From the NCBI GenBank assembly GCA_003176045.1, contig PSRM01000234.1, forward strand, positions 223 to 64,222: DNA of 64,000 nt, in the 5' to 3' direction. The stretch is from Verrucomicrobiota bacterium (GTDB lineage Bacteria > Verrucomicrobiota > Verrucomicrobiia > Limisphaerales > UBA8199). Each line of letters starts with the position of its first letter. The stretch's first letter is position 1. The notes under the pieces are model-generated. The model ran no database searches. It had not been told where the DNA came from and saw only the letters and a program-made list of their open reading frames with translations. Below, one piece after another: positions 55,918 through 64,000 of the stretch. The position numbers were made by a program, and so were the translations under genes.

Positions 55918-57506
55918 AAGCTGCGTTCCATTTTTTCGACGATTTGGTCTATGCTGAAACTCGAGGGCCGCTGACTGGGCGGGTAATCCTTGAACGTGGC
56001 CAGGAATTTGGCGACAACAGGTTGCGCGCCCAGAAATGGCGCCGGGTTGGAGATCATCCAGTCGTAGTAGGTATTGGAAGTGATGTCAGCCCGTTCGTAG
56101 GGGTCGGCGTGGAGATCAAAGAATTTGGGCATGCGCAGCTTGGTAAAGGGTTCAGCCCAGATTCGAAGTGTCCCCTGCACCCGCTGCTCCTCGAATACGA
56201 TCTTCCAATTCTCAACACGCAAGGCGACAAGATCGCCGTCGTCGTTGAAATACACGAACTCTCTCCGCGGACCGCGTTCTTGCTGACCCGTCAGGTATGG
56301 AAGCTGGTTGTACCCATCGAGATGAACTTTAAAGGTAGTGCCGCCGACGTCGTGGCCCTTGAGCAGTTTCTCTCCAATATCCGGTTCGCCTGCGGCAGCC
56401 ATTAATGTCGGCAACCAATCCAGCCCGCTGACGATTTCATTGGAAACGGAGTCGGGTTTGACATGGCCCGGCCATCGGATCATGCACGGGACGCGGAAGG
56501 CGCCTTCCCAACAGGTGTCCTTTTCGCTGCGGAAAGGGGTCATCGCTGCGTCCGGCCACGAATTCATGTGGGGACCGTTGTCGGTGGTGTAAACAACGAT
56601 GGTGTTATCGGTGATGCCCAGATCGTCGAGCGCCTTAAGCAGCGTGCCGACGGTGTTGTCATGTTCGATCATGCCGTCGGCGTACTCAGTGCGTGATGTG
56701 AACCCCGGTTTGTCGCGATGCTCCGCGCGGACGTGGGTGCGAAGGTGCATGCGCGTGGTGCACATCCAGCAGAAGAAGGGCTTGCCCGCTTTGGCCTGGC
56801 GCTGGATGAAATCAATGGCGGCGCCCGAGGTCTCGTCGTCAATGGTTTCCATGCGTTTTTTTGTTAGCGGCCCGGTATCTTCGATCGTCTGCTTGCCGAT
56901 TTTTCCGAAGCGAGGCTGTTCTGTGGGATCATCGGTATCAGTTGCCTTGCACTTGAGGACGCCGCGCGGTCCAATCACAGCCCGGATCGCTGGATCCTGG
57001 GGGTAGGTCCATGATTCCGGGTCCTCTTCTGCGTTCAGGTGGTAGAGGTTGCCGAAGAATTCGTCGAACCCGTGCATGGTGGGCAGGTACTCGTTTCGGT
57101 CGCCCAGGTGGTTCTTGCCGAACTGCCCGGTCGCGTAACCGAGGGGCTTCAAGAGCTGGGCGAGAGTCACGTCCCGCGCCTGGAGACCAGCCTTGGCGCC
57201 GGGCATGCCAACCTTGCTAAGACCAGTGCGCAAGGTGCATTGTCCGGTGATGAAGGACGACCGGCCGGCGGTGCAACTTTGTTCAGCGTAATAGTCCGTG
57301 AACAGCAAGCCTTCTCTGGCAATCCGATCAATGTGGGGTGTCCTGTAGCCCATCACCCCGTGGGTGTAGGCGCTGATGTTGGCTTGCCCTATGTCATCGC
57401 CGAAGATAACCAGGATGTTGGGTTTCTTTTGCTGCGCCGTCGCAGGCTGGGCGAACGCCACGGCCAAGGCGACGCTGAGCAGAGCGGCTATGTTCCTTCG
57501 TTTCAT
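55902..57506 (-). CDS. arylsulfatase
   Basis: Signal peptide, KPNILVIFGDDIG and the formylglycine motif SCTAGRSSFITG. Confidence 0.88.
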   Translation of the reverse strand: MKRRNIAALLSVALAVAFAQPATAQQKKPNILVIFGDDIGQANISAYTHGVMGYRTPHIDRIAREGLLFTDYYAEQSCTAGRSSFITGQCTLRTGLSKVGMPGAKAGLQARDVTLAQLLKPLGYATGQFGKNHLGDRNEYLPTMHGFDEFFGNLYHLNAEEDPESWTYPQDPAIRAVIGPRGVLKCKATDTDDPTEQPRFGKIGKQTIEDTGPLTKKRMETIDDETSGAAIDFIQRQAKAGKPFFCWMCTTRMHLRTHVRAEHRDKPGFTSRTEYADGMIEHDNTVGTLLKALDDLGITDNTIVVYTTDNGPHMNSWPDAAMTPFRSEKDTCWEGAFRVPCMIRWPGHVKPDSVSNEIVSGLDWLPTLMAAAGEPDIGEKLLKGHDVGGTTFKVHLDGYNQLPYLTGQQERGPRREFVYFNDDGDLVALRVENWKIVFEEQRVQGTLRIWAEPFTKLRMPKFFDLHADPYERADITSNTYYDWMISNPAPFLGAQPVVAKFLATFKDYPPSQRPSSFSIDQIVEKMERSFCPQQ

Positions 57507-57567
57507 ACGTTTGGGTGTTGGGTTTTAGGTTTTAGATTTTTATGCCAGCAACCGATGGCTAGGCCAT

Positions 57568-58059
57568 TCATCGCGAATTGCCTTTGGCCCTCAGAACGAG
57601 GGCCCGAGTTCTGGATCTGCCAGCAGGTCTCTTGATTGGGATCGGAACCGCCGTCAGGCGTCCTTCGGCCGGGCTTTCATTTCCTTCCGAGAGCCACTCC
57701 AACGCTCTCTCAAACTCTGTAAACGCCTGAACCTGCAGTCCGCCCAACCGGCCAAGAAATGCAAACTTCCGAATACCCCCATAAACATCACTGAGATAAA
57801 GCACGCCCAGCCGGTCCTCCTTTCCAAAGCCTGCTTCACGAAAGGTGGCGACCAGCGCGGCCAGTTGGGTGATGGTGAACTGTGGCTTGGAAGGCACGGG
57901 CACCGAGCGCACGTCCAACAGAGCCCGAGTCAGCCCGCGCTTGCGGCAGGCGTACGCCAACTGCCGCAACGCGGTCTTGGATTGCTCGAAATCAAGCAGC
58001 GCGTCGGCATTGAGCCGGACGAATTCACTCGCCCGGATCACCTGTAATTCCAACGGCAT
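57568..58059 (-). CDS. conserved hypothetical protein, MPLEL paralog B
   Basis: 163 aa, paralogous to 42761..43228. Confidence 0.6.
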   Translation of the reverse strand: MPLELQVIRASEFVRLNADALLDFEQSKTALRQLAYACRKRGLTRALLDVRSVPVPSKPQFTITQLAALVATFREAGFGKEDRLGVLYLSDVYGGIRKFAFLGRLGGLQVQAFTEFERALEWLSEGNESPAEGRLTAVPIPIKRPAGRSRTRALVLRAKGNSR

Positions 58060-58088
58060 GGTTCCCCTCGGTTAGAAAGGAATTCAGG

Positions 58089-58691
58089 TCATTCCTGGTC
58101 GTTCACCTTATCTACAGAGACAACCGTGGCTTCGGCGCAAGTGACAACAACGGTATCGCCCAGGCGAGGTTTCTCCAAAATGCTGGGATCTTTTACGCGC
58201 ACTGTAAGGTAGCGGCCCCGCGGTCCTTTGAGAGTGACCGTCTGGGTGGGGCGGTCCAAACCTTCGATCGTGGCGACCACTCGCACGACACGAACCCCGC
58301 CAACTCCGGGAGGAGCTTCAGAGGACGCTTTCGCGCCGGTTTCAACCACGACGAGAGGCGCTTTTTCCTCTTCAGGTGTCGGGGCGCGAAGTTCGGCAGC
58401 GATGCCGAGGTAGTACTTGGCCGCGACTTTGTCGCCGGGCTTGATTTCGTCCAAACGTTTGACCTTGTCGCTTACGACGTACGTATTGACGTTGCCCAGG
58501 GGGCCTTTGAGAGTCAGCTCGCGTTTGGCGACGTCCACCGCTTCTACTTTTGCAGTCACGCTGACGACTTGTTCAAGGATTCGAGCCCCGCCCGGCGCCT
58601 GTTTGTCCTCTTGCGCCTGCATCTGAACGGCCAGGGCGGCGCAGAGGAGGCTCTGGAGCAGGGCATGTTGAACTATGTGTTTCGATTTCAT
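58089..58691 (-). CDS. periplasmic protein with two tandem beta-rich repeats
   Basis: Start at MKSKHIV (ATG 58691) with a signal peptide. Two copies of V-x-V-D-x3-R-x-(L/V)-TLKGP-x-G ... GD-x-V. Confidence 0.55.
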   Translation of the reverse strand: MKSKHIVQHALLQSLLCAALAVQMQAQEDKQAPGGARILEQVVSVTAKVEAVDVAKRELTLKGPLGNVNTYVVSDKVKRLDEIKPGDKVAAKYYLGIAAELRAPTPEEEKAPLVVVETGAKASSEAPPGVGGVRVVRVVATIEGLDRPTQTVTLKGPRGRYLTVRVKDPSILEKPRLGDTVVVTCAEATVVSVDKVNDQE

Positions 58692-58810
58692 GGATATACT
58701 TAATTTGATGGTTATGATTTCGGGTGTTAAAGGTTGGTTCGGTCCGGGCAGCTTCGCAAAAAAACGTTGCAGGCTTTCCAGCCCAATGCCAATAGCATTT
58801 GATTTCTTAA

Positions 58811-58990
58811 TCCCGTAGGGATGAAAGAAAATAGCCCAGCGTTTCAACGCTGGGTACGAGCGGTTGAAAGGCGTGACTCCCGGAGGGACGACAGAGAAGT
58901 GGTTCTGTCGTCCCTAACGGGACTTATTCCATGTCGGACCAAAATCCCAGCGTTGAAACGCTGGGCTATTGTCTGTCGTCCCTCCGGGAC
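58811..58990. repeat. nested-palindrome intergenic element, copy A (about 180 nt)
   Basis: Forward unit tcccgtagggatgaaagaaaatagcccagcgtttcaacgctggg; central hairpin gggacgacagag...ctgtcgtccc; reverse unit cccagcgttgaaacgctgggctattgtctgtcgtccctccgggac. Confidence 0.9.
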
Positions 58991-59190
58991 TGTAACCCGC
59001 GGCAGTCGAGAAGGTAGCAGCCTCGGACTTTCTCGACCCCTGAACCTCTCCAGCCCAGGGGCCGCGGCGCTGAAAAGCGCCGCGAATCCCGCTGGACGGG
59101 ACTGAAAGCCTGCACTGCATCGTCGTCCGTTTCGCATGTCACTCAGATCGGGCTCTTCCGTTCTGCGCTCCCCGCAACTCGGCACTCGTG

Positions 59191-59805
59191 TTAACTCGAC
59201 TGCGCCGACAAGGCCTTTTCCATCTTGTCCATTTCCTTGAGCGCATCTTTGATGGCGCTGGAGACGAATTTGTAGTTCCAATTGGCGCTGCGCACTGTGC
59301 TCTTCATGGATTTGATCCCGTCAGCGGTAACATCATGGGAGAGGGCCTTGTCAATGTCGCTGAGGTCCGAGAGAAACGGGCGGAACTTATCGGCGGCGGC
59401 TTTCATTTCTTCCTGGACCTTGTCGTAGCTCTTTGCGGCGGCGTCGAGCCGTTTCTGGGCCTTCTTTTGCAGGGAGGGATTGTTGATCCCCTGGATGGTC
59501 GCCTGCCAATCGCGGAAATAATTCTCCCGTTCCTTGGTCATGGTCTCCAGGCGAGCGCGTGTAACGGTTGCGGCACTCTCGGTCTTGGGAATCTCTGACC
59601 GAAAAGCCTGGTAGCACGGATTGAGGTCGCCTTTGGTGCCCACCAGGGTGTTAAGCGCGGTAAGGGTCGTGCTGAGCTGCGTGGCCGTTGATGCGGCCTC
59701 TTCGCGAGCTTGTTTGATGCTGGCGGCGAGCTGTTCCTGACCGGCTTGCGCGGCAGATACGAGCACGGTTGCCAGTCCCAATGTAAGTACGATGTGTTTT
59801 TTCAT
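59191..59805 (-). CDS. DUF2959-like secreted helical protein
   Basis: Signal peptide MKKHIVLTLGLATVLVSAAQA; all-helical sequence with a layout resembling DUF2959. Confidence 0.5.
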   Translation of the reverse strand: MKKHIVLTLGLATVLVSAAQAGQEQLAASIKQAREEAASTATQLSTTLTALNTLVGTKGDLNPCYQAFRSEIPKTESAATVTRARLETMTKERENYFRDWQATIQGINNPSLQKKAQKRLDAAAKSYDKVQEEMKAAADKFRPFLSDLSDIDKALSHDVTADGIKSMKSTVRSANWNYKFVSSAIKDALKEMDKMEKALSAQSS

Positions 59806-59867
59806 TGTTTGATTTGGATTTTGTTTGTTTGTTTGTTAATGGTTCCTGTTGTTTACAACATCTTCAT

Positions 59868-60722
59868 TTAGTATCTCTCCGGAACTACTTTTCTGGAGCG
59901 GATGGTCGCCTGGTCGTCGTAAGCGCCTTTCATGGAGCGCTTCGGCAGCGTGATCTTGTCGCGCGGCACTTTCTTATGCGGGATCAGGTCCAGAATATGA
60001 TGAAGGCAGTTGAGCCGTGCGCGCTGTTTGTCATCCGAGTGCAGAATGTACCAGGGCGCCCATTTGGTATCGGTCGCTGCCAGCATCTTGTCCCGCGCGC
60101 GCGAGTACTCAAACCATTTGCTGCGGGAGGGAAGGTCCATCGGGCTTAACTTCCACTGGCGCAAAGGATCCTCGATCCGCGCCTCAAAACGGCGCTTCTG
60201 CTCCTTATCACCGACTTCGAGCCAGATCTTGATAAGCTGAACGCCAGCTTCCACGATGAATTTTTCCGTCACGGGACAAAGTTCGAGGAAGCGCTTGTAC
60301 TGTTCCTGCGAACAAAAACCCATCACATGTTCAACGCCGGCCCGGTTGTACCAACTACGGTCGAAAATGACGACCTCTCCTCCCGCCGGGAAATGGTTCA
60401 TGTAGCGTTGCATGTACATCTGCGATTTCTCACGGTCTGAAGGCGCGGGCAGTGCCACGACGCGAAACACGCGCGGGCTTAGGCGCTCGGTCAGCGCCCG
60501 GATGGTGCCGCCTTTGCCGGCGGCATCGCGTCCTTCGAAGATAATAATGACGCGCAGCCGTTTGTATTTCACCCACTCCTGGAGGTTGCAGAGTTTTTCC
60601 TGCAAGCGGCGCAGTTTCTTGGCGTATTTTTTGCCTTTGAGTTTCTCCTTGCCGTTTGCCCTTTTTTCAGTGGTTTTCATTTCCTTTTTGATGGTCTTGG
60701 TTTTCATCCCGGCCAATTCCAA
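59868..60722 (-). CDS. ppk2: polyphosphate kinase 2
   Basis: IIIFEGRDAAGKGGTI Walker A and FDRSWYNRAGVEHVMGF. Confidence 0.88.
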   Translation of the reverse strand: MELAGMKTKTIKKEMKTTEKRANGKEKLKGKKYAKKLRRLQEKLCNLQEWVKYKRLRVIIIFEGRDAAGKGGTIRALTERLSPRVFRVVALPAPSDREKSQMYMQRYMNHFPAGGEVVIFDRSWYNRAGVEHVMGFCSQEQYKRFLELCPVTEKFIVEAGVQLIKIWLEVGDKEQKRRFEARIEDPLRQWKLSPMDLPSRSKWFEYSRARDKMLAATDTKWAPWYILHSDDKQRARLNCLHHILDLIPHKKVPRDKITLPKRSMKGAYDDQATIRSRKVVPERY

Positions 60723-61357
60723 TATCCGAAATCGAAGACAGGCCTGCCGTTATCGAGCTGGTTCAGTTGAAGCGCAAAAAGATCTACTTTGAACCGTCCT
60801 TGAGAGTGTGACATGTGGTCCAACTCCTCCCGCGCGGCGTGTATTCGCGCGTCCAGATCAGCAACCGTCTCTCTTGCCTGTTCGATTCTGTGGAAGTCCA
60901 CCGTCGGGGTCTGCACCAGCGCGTAGTATTCCCAGTGCCAGCCATCGTAGGCGGGGAGCCTGGCGATCTGTTCCGCGACAGCTCGCTCTTGCTCCATCTT
61001 TGCGATCGAATCCTGCAATTCCTTGTGGCGGCGGGGGCCTTCTCGTGGTGGATTTTTCAATACAAAGACTTGCGGACCAGCTACGCCTTCGATTTTTCCG
61101 CGGATGACCCAGGCAAAGTTCGCTTCCTGTTCCAGCGTGCCATGCAAATGTTTCCATCTCATCAAAGGTCGTGGACCGTGTGGTTCCTCCCACCAGCGAA
61201 TCAGCGGGGTGAGATCCACTGCGTGGCTTTGAATCATGCGCTTCGGGTGGGCGGCGGGGTTGGCGATCGCGAGGTTTTGTGAGAGTAGCAAGGTTCCGAA
61301 TAAAAGCCAAGCTGTAGAAAGCCCGGCAGGGCGGCAGAAAATAGCCCAGCGATTCAT
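60704..61357 (-). CDS. secreted hypothetical protein
   Basis: Start proposed at MNRWAIFCRPAGLSTAWLLFGTLLLSQNLAIA (ATG 61357). The longer ORF-track N-terminus is translated repeat sequence. Confidence 0.5.
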   Translation of the reverse strand: MNRWAIFCRPAGLSTAWLLFGTLLLSQNLAIANPAAHPKRMIQSHAVDLTPLIRWWEEPHGPRPLMRWKHLHGTLEQEANFAWVIRGKIEGVAGPQVFVLKNPPREGPRRHKELQDSIAKMEQERAVAEQIARLPAYDGWHWEYYALVQTPTVDFHRIEQARETVADLDARIHAAREELDHMSHSQGRFKVDLFALQLNQLDNGRPVFDFGYWNWPG

Positions 61358-61507
61358 CGCTGGGTTGAGCATCGGCAAAAAGGCGAAGTCCCGCAGGGAC
61401 GGCAGAACCAAAAGCGCGGTTCTGCCGTCCCTGCGGGACTTGTATAGTCCGGCGCTGCGTCCCCAGCGTTGAAACGCTGGGCTATTCTCTGTCGTCCCTG
61501 ACGGGAC
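61320..61507. repeat. nested-palindrome intergenic element, copy B
   Basis: Same architecture as copies A and C. The central hairpin gggacggcagaacc...ggttctgccgtccc carries a compensated A:T to G:C change. Confidence 0.9.
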
Positions 61508-61566
61508 TAAAACACCTGCGATGTTTCGTGGACTAGTTTGGCGCATGCTGCAAGGCCGTTTCACTC

Positions 61567-63045
61567 TCATTTGCGTCCGTGGTGCGGTGGTTCTCCCGCG
61601 CTTGCCTGCAGCGCGGCTGTCTGTGTCTCCCAGCCGCCGCCGAGGGAGATGTAAAGCTGCACGACGCTCAGCAACTCATTCAGGCGGGCCTGGGCAAGCA
61701 ACAACTCAGCGCTGAATAGCTCCTGTTCGTTATAGAGCACTTCGAGGTAGCTGGTCACTCCGCCTTCGTAGCGGTCGGTGGCAGTCGTGGCCGCATCGCG
61801 GTGCGCTTGTGTGTTTTGCTCCTGCTTTGCGCGAAATTCGCGTGTGCGCTGGTAGGCCACCAGGCTGTCTGAAACCTGGCGAAAAGCCTCCTGCACCGAT
61901 CTTTGATACGATGCGACGGATTCCTGGAACCTGGCTTCAGCGAGTTTCAAATTGCCGCGCAATTTGCCGCCTGTGAATAACGGGAACGTAACCGACGGGC
62001 CGAACTGCCAGGCGCGCGCCGGTGCGTTAAACAAATCCGAAAGAGCCACGCTTTGGTAACCATAAAAGCCTGTCAGCGCGACTTGTGGATAGAAGGCAGC
62101 CTTTGCCTGGCCGATATCCGCGTTGGCGGCCACAAGTTGTTGCTCGGCAGCCCTCAGATCCGGCCGGCGTTCCAACAAGTCAGACGTCAGCCCCGGCGGT
62201 ACGTCGGCCGCGAGGGTCTGTGAGACAAGAGGGCTTCCGCGTTGGATGTGGCCGGGATTACGACCCAGCAGGATGCTCAGAAGGTTTTCCTGCTGTTCGA
62301 TGCGGCGGAGTGTATCAGCAATCGAGGCTTCGGCCGTGAAGACAAGGATTTTCCCCTGATGCACGTCCTGGATCGAACCGACACCGCCCTCTTCGCGAGA
62401 ACGGGCAAGCTCGAGCGAATTGGTTCTGACACCGTAAGTGTTCTGGGCAATTTGAAGTTCCAGATCCAGTTCCAGCAAACTCAGGTAAGCAGTCGCGACT
62501 TCCGAAACCAACGTCTGCCGGACGGCACGCTGAGCTTCTTCCGTTGCCAACAGATTGGCTCGAGCTGCTTCGTTGGCGCGACGAATCCGGCCCCAGAGGT
62601 CCACCTCGTAAGCGGGCATCGCCAGGCCAATATCGGCGTATCCTCGCTGCGGATTTACGCCAGGGGGAATCGGGATGGGACCTTTCTCCGAAGTCCGCGT
62701 GGTATAGACGTCGCCCGCGGCGTTGACTGTCGGGAAAAATTGCGAACGCGCGATGCGCGCGGCCGCCTCGGCCTGGAGCACTCGCGCGGTGGCGATTTTT
62801 ATATCCCAACTGTTCGTCAGAGCCTCTGCAATGTAGGCTTGGAGCTGCGGCTCCTTGAATGTCTCCCACCAGCCGAGATCGCCGAAAGAACCAGCGCCGC
62901 TGGGGGCATTGGTGTCCGAGGCCGCGCGTCGATAGGTGTCAGGGGTATCGACTGAAGGCCGTTTGTAATCTGGTCCCACGGCGCAACCGCCGAGCAAAAA
63001 GGCGGCCGCGAGCGCGGTTATGGTGAAGGTGTAAAAAGAAACCAA
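61567..63045 (-). CDS. efflux transporter outer-membrane factor lipoprotein, NodT family
   Basis: Proposed TTG start at 63045 gives MVSFYTFTITALAAAFLLGGC (lipobox), followed by AVGPDYKRP, the NodT hallmark. The upstream part of the 621-aa ORF is repeat-derived. Confidence 0.85.
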   Translation of the reverse strand: MVSFYTFTITALAAAFLLGGCAVGPDYKRPSVDTPDTYRRAASDTNAPSGAGSFGDLGWWETFKEPQLQAYIAEALTNSWDIKIATARVLQAEAAARIARSQFFPTVNAAGDVYTTRTSEKGPIPIPPGVNPQRGYADIGLAMPAYEVDLWGRIRRANEAARANLLATEEAQRAVRQTLVSEVATAYLSLLELDLELQIAQNTYGVRTNSLELARSREEGGVGSIQDVHQGKILVFTAEASIADTLRRIEQQENLLSILLGRNPGHIQRGSPLVSQTLAADVPPGLTSDLLERRPDLRAAEQQLVAANADIGQAKAAFYPQVALTGFYGYQSVALSDLFNAPARAWQFGPSVTFPLFTGGKLRGNLKLAEARFQESVASYQRSVQEAFRQVSDSLVAYQRTREFRAKQEQNTQAHRDAATTATDRYEGGVTSYLEVLYNEQELFSAELLLAQARLNELLSVVQLYISLGGGWETQTAALQASAGEPPHHGRK

Positions 63046-63061
63046 CTTGTGAAACTTATAA

Positions 63062-63242
63062 TCCCGTAGGGATGACAGAAAATAGCCCAGCGTTTCAACG
63101 CTGGGGTCGTGGTCCGATGTGGAATAAGTCCCGTTAGGGACGACAGAACCACTTTCTCTGTCGTCCCCATGGGACTCGGTCCCTCCAACCTCTCGTACCC
63201 AGCGTTGAAACGCTGGGCTATTTTCTGTCGTCCCTCCGGGAC
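63062..63242. repeat. nested-palindrome intergenic element, copy C
   Basis: tcccgtagggatgacagaaaatagcccagcgtttcaacgctgggg ... gggacgacagaacc...ctgtcgtcccc ... cccagcgttgaaacgctgggctattttctgtcgtccctccgggac. Confidence 0.9.
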
Positions 63243-63320
63243 TAAGACCAGCCGGATGTGAAAAGTTAATCTCAGCAGGGTGGAAACCTGCGCTACAAAA
63301 TCGCAACGCGCACGTTCGGT

Positions 63321-64000
63321 TCATGAATGTGCTCCTATGGCTTCTTCCTCGACTGCGGGGGGGACTACGACGGGGATCTTGGGCGCAGGTTTTTTCCCAC
63401 GTTCGGACAACCGCTGCACGAACACATAGCAAACCGGGATGATGAAAAGGCCGACGGCAGTGGCGATGGTCATGCCGAACACCACACCCGTTCCCATCGT
63501 GCTGCGCGAGGCCGCTCCGGAGCCAGACGCCAGCATCAGGGGCACGCTGCCCAAAATGAAAGCGAAAGAGGTCATCAGGATCGGGCGCAAGCGCAGTTTT
63601 GAGCCATCGACAGCGGCGTCCACAATTTCATGCCCTTCTTCCCGGCGCATCTTTGCGAATTCCACGATGAGGATGGCGTTTTTGGCCGCAAGGCCGATGA
63701 GCATCACCAACCCAATCTGCGCGTACACGTTCAAGTCGAAGTGCCGCGCCAACATGCCGATCAGCGTTCCGAGGATCACAGTCGGCGTCGCCAAAAGCAC
63801 AGAGAAAGGAAGACTCCAGCTTTCGTATTGCGCCGACAGCAACAGGAACACGAAGAGCACGGCCATGCCGAAGATGATGGGCGCCTGGCCTTCAGATTTC
63901 TTCTCCTGGAGCGTCAATCCGGACCATTCATAGCCGGTTTCGGTCGGCATCGTTTTCATGACCTCCTCGATGGCCTTGATGGCCTGTCCCGAGCTATAAC
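63321..64000 (-). CDS. RND efflux permease (AcrB/HAE1 family), C-terminal part; 5' end beyond window
   Basis: LLSAQYESWSLPFSVLLATP...GLVMLIGLAAKNAILIVEF...RLRPILMTSFAFILGSVPL; the frame remains open to position 64000. Confidence 0.9.
   Translation of the reverse strand, partial: YSSGQAIKAIEEVMKTMPTETGYEWSGLTLQEKKSEGQAPIIFGMAVLFVFLLLSAQYESWSLPFSVLLATPTVILGTLIGMLARHFDLNVYAQIGLVMLIGLAAKNAILIVEFAKMRREEGHEIVDAAVDGSKLRLRPILMTSFAFILGSVPLMLASGSGAASRSTMGTGVVFGMTIATAVGLFIIPVCYVFVQRLSERGKKPAPKIPVVVPPAVEEEAIGAHS

Overview
A GC-rich bacterial chromosomal segment, with genes almost all on the minus strand. The intergenic repeat families (translating as KRHKCRAP or PAFQRW) suggest the Verrucomicrobiota/PVC group, but that is inference only. 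Most of the window is housekeeping: glgC, a treS-maltokinase fusion, msrPQ, lysA, argH, a squalene/phytoene synthase, ldh, phosphoketolase, cydAB, ackA-pta, ppk2, an Mla/MCE-type ABC transporter, an arylsulfatase, and the end of an RND efflux operon with its NodT outer-membrane factor. I found no rRNA, convincing tRNA, CRISPR array, transposase or intact integrase. Two things stand out. (1) An accessory island of about 10 kb (roughly 30.4-40.3 kb) looks more AT-rich by eye. It carries an OLD-family-like ABC-ATPase/TOPRIM nuclease, a NucS-like PD-(D/E)xK nuclease-fold protein, small single-pass membrane proteins, a secreted DNRLRE-domain protein, a GNAT-like plus small basic protein pair, a DUF3631 mobile-element P-loop protein, and about 700 nt of ORF-free sequence ending in a strong terminator (a possible ncRNA). 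This is the best candidate for an uncharacterised defence or mobile-element system. (2) Intergenic repeat content is unusually dense. There are short-word tandem arrays, often arranged as long palindromes; a 180-190 nt nested-palindrome element in three copies with a compensatory substitution; and a REP-like group sharing a GGAGCGC head. One low-complexity block sits in-frame inside the DUF3631 gene, and one palindromic element appears to supply the start codon of a downstream gene. All family assignments come from motif recognition in the supplied translations, not from database searches.
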